44,211 nucleotides of DNA from Clostridia bacterium (GTDB lineage: Bacteria; Bacillota; Clostridia; UBA1212; UBA1255): the NCBI GenBank assembly GCA_017963755.1, contig JAGCTF010000085.1:1-44211 (forward strand), given 5' to 3'. The notes under the pieces were generated by a model. It did not search any database and was not told where the DNA came from. It saw only the letters and a program-made list of their open reading frames with translations. How positions within the stretch are numbered: the first letter of the stretch is position 1; each line of letters begins with the position of its first letter. This document shows positions 10,012 to 16,637 of this stretch, piece after piece. A program made the position numbers and the translations under genes.

Positions 10012-10044
10012 CGCAATCGTAAATTTAGACAAGGTAAGGCATAT
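9995..10044 (+). repeat. 50-bp direct repeat, copy 2
   Basis: AGATAATATGTTAAAATCGCAATCGTAAATTTAGACAAGGTAAGGCATAT; 45/50 identical to 2414-2463. Confidence 0.9.
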
Positions 10045-10144
10045 GATTTAACCACTTCAGTAATAGTCAGTGCTTTATCCTGGCTTGGTGGGTTAGTCAT
10101 GAAACAAGCAAAAAGTAATGCATGAGTTCATTTAGGAGGAAAAG

Positions 10145-10684
10145 ATGAAAAAAATGTATGCCGGAGGGTGGTTCGAGATAGTACTGATTTTTGGTCCTTT
10201 TTTCGGTATATTTCTCTATGTATTGCCAGGGGTTATTCTGTTCTGTAATTATGGGTTCAACGAAGCAGTATTGATTATCGCAATTTGTGTTTTTCTTATG
10301 TTTTGCGTTTTTGGTATTCTTATATGGCACGGCAGAATTCTGTTTCTTACGTGGATTACTTTCCTTGATGAGTATTTGATCATCAAAACACTTTTTCGGA
10401 AAGCAGTAATAATGCGTTATAATGAAATTGCTGGATGTGGGATAGGTTATTATTTTCATGGAAGAATGATCTCTGGTATTGGTATTATGCGATATTACTT
10501 TTTTTTATCGAACGGCGAATTTGACGATTCCCTTAGGAAAACAATAAACAGATGGAGGCCCAAAAAACAAAAGTACGTTAAAATCGCGTTTAGTCAGAAA
10601 AAATATGATTATATACTGACAAAATTGCCGAAAAATCTTTCAACAATTATTCGTTATGACCACGATCGATTCATTCCGAGGTAA
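10145..10684 (+). CDS. Two-TM membrane protein, candidate orphan immunity protein
   Basis: AGGAGG RBS; two N-terminal hydrophobic helices followed by a basic soluble domain; AT-rich; located in the Rhs island. Confidence 0.6.
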   Translation: MKKMYAGGWFEIVLIFGPFFGIFLYVLPGVILFCNYGFNEAVLIIAICVFLMFCVFGILIWHGRILFLTWITFLDEYLIIKTLFRKAVIMRYNEIAGCGIGYYFHGRMISGIGIMRYYFFLSNGEFDDSLRKTINRWRPKKQKYVKIAFSQKKYDYILTKLPKNLSTIIRYDHDRFIPR

Positions 10685-10810
10685 TTATTTTACGCAGATT
10701 ATAAGCTTGGACCATGGAAGGAAAAGTAGACTGGTACGGAAAAGTATTAGTGGGTAATGCGCAGGTACGATATCCGTTGGCACACGCTTTTCACCAAGGT
10801 AAATCTACCG

Positions 10811-10864
10811 TCAGGTCCGTGTGAGAGTTCTCTCATACAGGTTCAAGTCCTGCTATCCGCACTA
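10811..10864 (+). pseudogene. 3' half of tRNA-Leu(CAG), likely attachment-site scar
   Basis: TCAGGT-CCGTG (anticodon loop and 3' stem), variable arm TGAGAG-TT-CTCTCA, T-arm CAGG-TTCAAGT-CCTG, acceptor 3' strand TATCCGC-A. No matching 5' half (GCGGATA..., CACGG) upstream. Confidence 0.75.
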
Positions 10865-10870
10865 TAGAAT

Positions 10871-10905
10871 GGCCCCGAGATTTACTTCCCGGGGCTGTTT
10901 TCTTT
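10871..10905 (+). terminator. Rho-independent terminator after the tRNA fragment
   Basis: GCCCCG ... CGGGGC stem followed by TGTTTTCTTT. Confidence 0.7.
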
Positions 10906-10906
10906 A

Positions 10907-10958
10907 GTGGGTCCGGGCTTCAGCCCGCATCTTTAGCCAAAGGTTTGGCGCCTAGGCG
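10907..10958. repeat. Cluster of three short palindromes, REP-like
   Basis: GTGG + CGGGCT-TC-AGCCCG, then GCCAAA-GG-TTTGGC, then CGCCTAGGCG. Confidence 0.4.
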
Positions 10959-11113
10959 GCAAGACGAAGGCGATGCTCGCTTTCTTTCACCGAAATATTG
11001 GCCGGTTTACATAGTGGCCGGAGCAATGCTTGAAAAATCGCGCTGTTTTTGGTATATTCTTTCCGCTCCCGTTAAAAAGAGCAGAAGCACACAGGAGCCC
11101 GGAGGTACGCGGC

Positions 11114-12535
11114 ATGGAACACAGCAACAAAAAACACGCCATATTACTTATAATATTGACAGCGATAGCGGTGCTGACCGTTGTCCTCGTACTCGTTATA
11201 ACGAATATCGGACGCGGCAGGAACAGAGCAGGAACCAAACTGCTGAACATTGCCGTCACTTTCGGAGACGATCCGTGCACGCAGAAAAATTTTTCGTGGT
11301 ATACCGAGGACGATTCTCAAAATGCCGTGATCCAGTATTATCCCGCGTCTGAATCCGATAAGGTCGGGGCTAAATTTGATACATCAAGAGCGGTCACGGC
11401 CGAAGGCTTTACCGAAAGGCTCGATACCTATATTCCGAAAGCAGGGGAGGAGTATTCCGCCTCAGCGGCACTCGAACCGAAATCATACACGCGCCACGCG
11501 GTTTTTGTGACAGGGCTTGAACCGGGCATGCGATATATGTACCGGATCGGAGACGGTAAAAACTGGTCTGACACTGCCGAATTCACTACCGCGCCTGACA
11601 GCTCCGTTTCTGCCGGGAACGGCTTTTCGTTCCTTATTGTTTCAGATATGCAGGGATATATCTACAGTGATTATGAACTCTGGGGTAAAGTCTTCGGTAA
11701 AGCCATGGACAAGTGCGGTTCTCCTGCGTTTATGGTCAATCTCGGCGATTTTGTAGAACGCCAGGACAATGCGCTCGTCTGGAATTATTACTTCGGCCTT
11801 GCCGACGGCCTTGAAAACGTGACCACAGTTCCTGTCGCGGGTAATAAAGAGGATAAAATGTTCCTCAAGTATTTCCTGCTGGGCTCCCAGGACGGTATCA
11901 CAGGCCTGAACGGCTACTATTCTTTCGATTATATGAACGTCCATTTCACCGTGCTCAATACGGGAGACGGTACGAAAGACCTTTCAAAATCGCAGGTAAA
12001 ATGGCTGAAAAATGATCTTTCTTCGGATAAAGCTAAAAATGCCGCTTTCCGCGTCGTACTGGTCCACAAAGCTCCGTATTCCGACAGAAACCATGCGGAT
12101 GATTCCGAGATCGTTAAGATACGCCAGCAGCTCCTGCCGTTGTTCGATGAATACGGTGCGGACGTGGTGCTTGAAGGGCACGATCACTATTACTTCCGCT
12201 CCGAACCGGTCGTGAGCGACGGAACTGTTAAAGCGGAATACGAAAGTTCGAGCGTCAGCGCAGGCGGAGAAAAGATCGACGTATTCAAGCTGCAAAAAAG
12301 CAGTACGGGCTCCTCAGGCGTATTCTATTTTATGCCGGGAGCGTCAGGAGTGAGACAGCACAGCAAGGAATTCAGAGACATGCCCGAGATACTGGCGGCG
12401 CGGTCAATAATTCTTAACGATCCTACTTTCTGCGTGTGCGACGTGACGGAAGATCATATCTACTTCCGTACGTACGAAGTTGACCGCTACAAGCTGACGG
12501 CAACTCCGGTAGAATGCTGGGGGATTCAGAAATAA
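11114..12535 (+). CDS. Membrane-anchored purple-acid-phosphatase-like metallophosphoesterase with FN3-type N-domain
   Basis: N-terminal TM; GLEPGMRYMYRIG (PAP N-domain); SDMQ, GDFV, GNKE and GHDH metallophosphoesterase motifs. Start 11114 after GGAGG; TTGAAA-17-TATATT promoter at 11030. Confidence 0.85.
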   Translation: MEHSNKKHAILLIILTAIAVLTVVLVLVITNIGRGRNRAGTKLLNIAVTFGDDPCTQKNFSWYTEDDSQNAVIQYYPASESDKVGAKFDTSRAVTAEGFTERLDTYIPKAGEEYSASAALEPKSYTRHAVFVTGLEPGMRYMYRIGDGKNWSDTAEFTTAPDSSVSAGNGFSFLIVSDMQGYIYSDYELWGKVFGKAMDKCGSPAFMVNLGDFVERQDNALVWNYYFGLADGLENVTTVPVAGNKEDKMFLKYFLLGSQDGITGLNGYYSFDYMNVHFTVLNTGDGTKDLSKSQVKWLKNDLSSDKAKNAAFRVVLVHKAPYSDRNHADDSEIVKIRQQLLPLFDEYGADVVLEGHDHYYFRSEPVVSDGTVKAEYESSSVSAGGEKIDVFKLQKSSTGSSGVFYFMPGASGVRQHSKEFRDMPEILAARSIILNDPTFCVCDVTEDHIYFRTYEVDRYKLTATPVECWGIQK

Positions 12536-12555
12536 AGTTTTATCGCGCAGATTTT

Positions 12556-12584
12556 TTGCAATTGCCTCCGTAATTTGATATAAT
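12556..12584 (+). promoter_or_regulatory. sigmaA-type promoter
   Basis: TTGCAA, 17 bp, TG-n-TATAAT, upstream of a GGAGG RBS and the 12613 gene. Confidence 0.7.
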
Positions 12585-12612
12585 ACGATATCCGGAGGTT
12601 TATGCTGCGGAA

Positions 12613-13530
12613 ATGAAGAAAAAATACGTAAGATCACTTAATGAAATATGGCATGAGAGGAAACGCACCGTAGGCTCGATGCTTGTGCTTTTTGCTGTCG
12701 TAATGGTTGCGATCATGGGCGTCCGCGCCGTGCTGAACTACGTAGATTTCGAAAATCTTAAAAAGATCTTCACTCCGACAGAAGAGCAGCATAAATATTC
12801 CACGCTTTATAACGCCTCGCGCTACTTTTTCCGCATATATTATCCTGAAGATAAATGGGAAGTGGAAGGAGAGACGCACGGTTTCTTTATGGATGAAAAA
12901 ACCGGGCTGGTCGCTGAGATGTACCCGCTCGTATTCGCAGATCCTGTCACTCCCGCGCCAGACTCCGATCCGAAGGCAACTGCCGTCATTTCTACAGATA
13001 AAGTGCGCGATATGTCCCTGGTCATAAGCTATTACTATCGTGAATACACCGATGAGATGCTCGAAGAGGCGGAGAAGCAGGGAAATGATGATAATGACGT
13101 GAATTATGAAAATGACGTTGAAACGCCTGCGCAGGAAGCGACCGGAGGAACGTCAGAGCCTGCCGGTTCGACCCCTGTCCCGGTAAAGACCGACATAGTT
13201 CTGCTCGACCTTGCCGCGGAAAAAGTGCACGGAGACTATGAAGCTTCCGCCGGGCTTTTGTACGATATAAGCGAGCTGAAAACGTATAAGACAGACCGTT
13301 ACGGATATACGCTTCGGTGGTTTACTTATACTTATAAAAATGCTTCGGAAGGAAACCCTGGCCGTAAAACAGATGTCTATATTATCGCGCGAAGCTCGAA
13401 CTATATCGTGATAACCTATGAGGGCATTGACCGCGTAACTTTTCTCGAGACACCTGAAAGCTATACTAAATACAAAGCGGATTTTCTTGATGTACTGAAC
13501 GAATTCCAGTTGTCAGTGTTTGACGACTGA
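12613..13530 (+). CDS. Hypothetical single-TM protein with extracellular domain
   Basis: GGAGG RBS, N-terminal TM, acidic/Pro-rich loops; no family recognised. Confidence 0.7.
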   Translation: MKKKYVRSLNEIWHERKRTVGSMLVLFAVVMVAIMGVRAVLNYVDFENLKKIFTPTEEQHKYSTLYNASRYFFRIYYPEDKWEVEGETHGFFMDEKTGLVAEMYPLVFADPVTPAPDSDPKATAVISTDKVRDMSLVISYYYREYTDEMLEEAEKQGNDDNDVNYENDVETPAQEATGGTSEPAGSTPVPVKTDIVLLDLAAEKVHGDYEASAGLLYDISELKTYKTDRYGYTLRWFTYTYKNASEGNPGRKTDVYIIARSSNYIVITYEGIDRVTFLETPESYTKYKADFLDVLNEFQLSVFDD

Positions 13531-13562
13531 CGGTATTAATAAACTGATCTGAGGCGGGAGTA

Positions 13563-14705
13563 TTGTTGAAAAACGGCTCTTTCATAAACGAAGTCAGCAG
13601 AGCGGGGCACGTAAATGCCTGCGCTTTCGCTTTGCGCAGGAAGACCGTTTCGCTGTTCTCTGTCATAATTGCCATGATGCTTGCGTCTGTTGTTTTAGGC
13701 GGATGTTCAAAGCCCGCTGAACAGGACAGCGGGCCTGTTTACGCGGGTGAAACGGTATATAAAGAAGGCGCTGCTATTCCTGATTGTCCGGAAGACAGTA
13801 TTTCTTATAAGCTGCTCCGGTACGTAACGGTTCCTGAATACATTTATTTCGGAGGAGTCACGGGCGGAGCGCCGATATTTACGCGGGAGCTTAAGACCGT
13901 GATACTTCGCCTCAAAAACTGTTTCGCATCGGCGGTGGCGGAAGGCTACGATCTTTCGGAAGAAGAACTTGAAGAACTTGACGCAAATACTAAAAACGCC
14001 CTGTATCTTGAGTATCAGACGGACAGCGAGATCCGGAGCAGATACGAGCAGGAATTTGATACGTACGACGCGGAAAATTTCTGCAATACCGTATACGGGA
14101 TCCCGTTTGAATGGTATATGCAGGTAAAGCGCGAACAGGCGGCCGCGGACAAATACGTTTCCGCACTTGAACCGGAAATTGCCCCCGGCGTATCCGAAGA
14201 CCGCGTCTGGGAGTATTATCTTTCTCATAAGAGCGAATACGATTACGCAGAAGCGGAAATAATATTGACCGCGAGAGCTCCCGAAGATAAAGATGAAGCG
14301 ATGAGGCAGGCGCAGGTCGCAGCCGAAGAGATAAACGCGGCTTCTGATAAAAAGGCAGCATTTGAGGATTCGGCTCTTCAGTTTCCTGAAACACTCGATT
14401 GGAGGGAAGAGTCAGGCAGCGCGGTGCTGATCATGAGCTTGGATTATACAGGGCTTTACGGAGAGATACAGAAAAGAGTTATTCAAGGGGAGGAAAACTG
14501 TTACGCGCTCGAGCATGAAAACTGCATTTACGTGATATTATGCAGTTTTGGAGCAGAATATACGAAAGAACAGTTGTCCGAAAACGGATTATCGGATACA
14601 ATAAGGACAATGATCGCGCGTGCGGAGGCGGAAGAGGCCGCCTGCGGCTACGGCATCACCGACATTAAGGAGATCGCGCTCCCTCATACGGCATATAATC
14701 ATTAA
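13563..14705 (+). CDS. Putative lipoprotein, weakly PrsA/SurA-foldase-like
   Basis: Hydrophobic signal ending LGGC; acidic helical region (...EEELEEL..., VSEDRVWEYY...EIIL...AFEDSA) reminiscent of PrsA architecture. Start uncertain. Confidence 0.5.
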   Translation: MLKNGSFINEVSRAGHVNACAFALRRKTVSLFSVIIAMMLASVVLGGCSKPAEQDSGPVYAGETVYKEGAAIPDCPEDSISYKLLRYVTVPEYIYFGGVTGGAPIFTRELKTVILRLKNCFASAVAEGYDLSEEELEELDANTKNALYLEYQTDSEIRSRYEQEFDTYDAENFCNTVYGIPFEWYMQVKREQAAADKYVSALEPEIAPGVSEDRVWEYYLSHKSEYDYAEAEIILTARAPEDKDEAMRQAQVAAEEINAASDKKAAFEDSALQFPETLDWREESGSAVLIMSLDYTGLYGEIQKRVIQGEENCYALEHENCIYVILCSFGAEYTKEQLSENGLSDTIRTMIARAEAEEAACGYGITDIKEIALPHTAYNH

Positions 14706-14724
14706 AGGCGACAGGACGAGTTCA

Positions 14725-16536
14725 ATGGCAGGAAGAATTTCACAGGCACAGATAGAGGAGATCATAGACAGGAATAACATCGTTTCCGTCGTGGGAGAAT
14801 ACGTCCATCTTAAGCGCAGCGGCGCGAATTATATGGGACTGTGCCCCTTCCACAATGAAAAAACGCCGTCTTTTTCCGTCAATGAAAGCAAGCGGCTGTT
14901 TAAATGCTTTGGCTGCGGTAAAGGCGGAGGCGTCGTTCAATTTATCATGCTCGCGGAGAACCTCGATTACGTAGGGAGCCTCGAATTTCTTGCCCGCCGC
15001 GCCGGTATCGAGATCAAGTATGAAAACGGGAAGAGTGAAAACGACGACAAGCTCAAGCTGAAAAACGATATATTGTCCCTGAACGAAAAGGCGCAGGCTT
15101 TCTTTAAGGATGGTCTTGCGAGATCGAAAGAGGCACAGAACTACCTGGCACAGCGCGGACTTGATCAGGAAACTGTTAATAAATTCGGGCTCGGATTTGC
15201 GCCTGACGACTGGGAGCAGCTGACGAAAATATGCACGTACGGGCCGCTCGGAGTGAGCCCCGAGCTGATGGTGAGCGCCGGACTTGCGCTGAAGCGCGAC
15301 AACGGAACGTGCTACGACCGCTTCAGGAACCGCGTTATGTTCCCGATATTTGACGAGACAGGCAGAATAATCGCCTTCGGCGGTAGAGTGATGGACAAAT
15401 CTCTGCCTAAATATATGAACTCTCCTGAGACTGCGGCGTATAACAAAGGCAGCCATCTGTACGCGCTTAATTTTGCAAGAAAGTCAGGGTCAAAGCAGGT
15501 CATAATCGTTGAAGGATATATGGACGCGATCGCACTTCATCAGAAAGGTATCACTTCGGCGGTGGCTTCGCTCGGTACCGCTCTTACGATAGGGCAGGCG
15601 AGGCTGCTCAAGAGGTATTTTGAAGAGGTAATAATAGGTTACGACAGCGATTCGGCAGGCCAGACGGCGACTGTGCGCGGGATGGAGATACTGGCGGCGC
15701 AGGGGCTCAGGGTTCGGATACTGAAACTCGGAGTCGTTGACAGCGAAGTAAAGGATCCCGATGAGTTTTTGAGGAAGCATTCTGCCGAAGACTTTATGGT
15801 CTGCGTGGAAAAGGCAGAGACGCTCGTGAATTTCAAAATAGAAATTGCCGCCCGCCGTTTCCCGCCCGAAAAAGAATCTGAACTGCCTGACTTTATAAGG
15901 CAGACGGTGAAGATCATTGCCGCCGAACCGAGCGCTTCGGTAAGGGCTGTGAATATTGCCTCGGTATCTAAAAAGTACGGGATAGATGAAGTTTCGCTGA
16001 AAGAAGACGTTGAAGCGGCCGCTTCAGGAGACGCACCCTTAATAAATACGGAGCGTGTCCAGGGCGCGTATAAGCGTGTACAATACAGAAAAGGCGAAGA
16101 AAATGCGGCGCAGAGTCCGGAACTGTCGCCTGACGGAAAAAGGCTTGACAGGCTCGAAAAAAGAATGATCATTTACCTGGCAGACAATCCTTCGGATATT
16201 CCTGCGTACATCGATAAATGCCGCGAGGAATTCTGTTTCGAGGACAACAAAAATCTTGCCAATATTTTGCATTCGTGGTATATTAACGGGTACGCCGTAA
16301 AGAGGGAGACGCTTCTGGTCGATTGTTCTTCTAAGCTCTCCTCTGAACTTACGGATGAATTTGAGCAGGTAGGCAGTATGACGACAGCGGCGGAGCTCTT
16401 AAAGAATCTCAAAAAATTCCGTTTTAAGTATGAATACGGTCTGCTGACTGAAAATCTCCGCTCTGCGCGTACTCCCGAAGAAAAAAGTGCCGCTATGAAA
16501 AAACTGAACGAACTGATCCGGAGCAGCCGCACGTGA
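14725..16536 (+). CDS. dnaG: DNA primase
   Basis: CHC2 zinc finger (CPFHNEKTPSF...CFGC), DRFRNRVMFPI, KYMNSPET, TOPRIM VEGYMD and YDSDSAG. Confidence 0.97.
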   Translation: MAGRISQAQIEEIIDRNNIVSVVGEYVHLKRSGANYMGLCPFHNEKTPSFSVNESKRLFKCFGCGKGGGVVQFIMLAENLDYVGSLEFLARRAGIEIKYENGKSENDDKLKLKNDILSLNEKAQAFFKDGLARSKEAQNYLAQRGLDQETVNKFGLGFAPDDWEQLTKICTYGPLGVSPELMVSAGLALKRDNGTCYDRFRNRVMFPIFDETGRIIAFGGRVMDKSLPKYMNSPETAAYNKGSHLYALNFARKSGSKQVIIVEGYMDAIALHQKGITSAVASLGTALTIGQARLLKRYFEEVIIGYDSDSAGQTATVRGMEILAAQGLRVRILKLGVVDSEVKDPDEFLRKHSAEDFMVCVEKAETLVNFKIEIAARRFPPEKESELPDFIRQTVKIIAAEPSASVRAVNIASVSKKYGIDEVSLKEDVEAAASGDAPLINTERVQGAYKRVQYRKGEENAAQSPELSPDGKRLDRLEKRMIIYLADNPSDIPAYIDKCREEFCFEDNKNLANILHSWYINGYAVKRETLLVDCSSKLSSELTDEFEQVGSMTTAAELLKNLKKFRFKYEYGLLTENLRSARTPEEKSAAMKKLNELIRSSRT

Positions 16537-16637
16537 CGGAGTACGGGTTAAAGCGCGAAGCTGATGTAACAATGTGAGTGTTTAAGGTAACATATATAGA
16601 GTAGTTTACCGGGAATTGGAAAGGGCTGAATCTACGA

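Noticed and set aside
9651-10459. Minus-strand ORFs 9651-9932 and 10097-10459
   Set aside because: Shadows of the ISAs1 remnant and of the 10145 gene, which has a strong RBS.
10713-10825. Short ~36-aa ORF (MEGKVDWYGK...) running into the tRNA fragment
   Set aside because: No clear RBS or recognisable motif; probably island debris.
10759-10864. Intact or intron-containing tRNA-Leu
   Set aside because: GTTGGCACACGC weakly resembles a D-loop, but there is no 5' acceptor strand or 5' anticodon stem able to pair; treated as a 3' fragment only.
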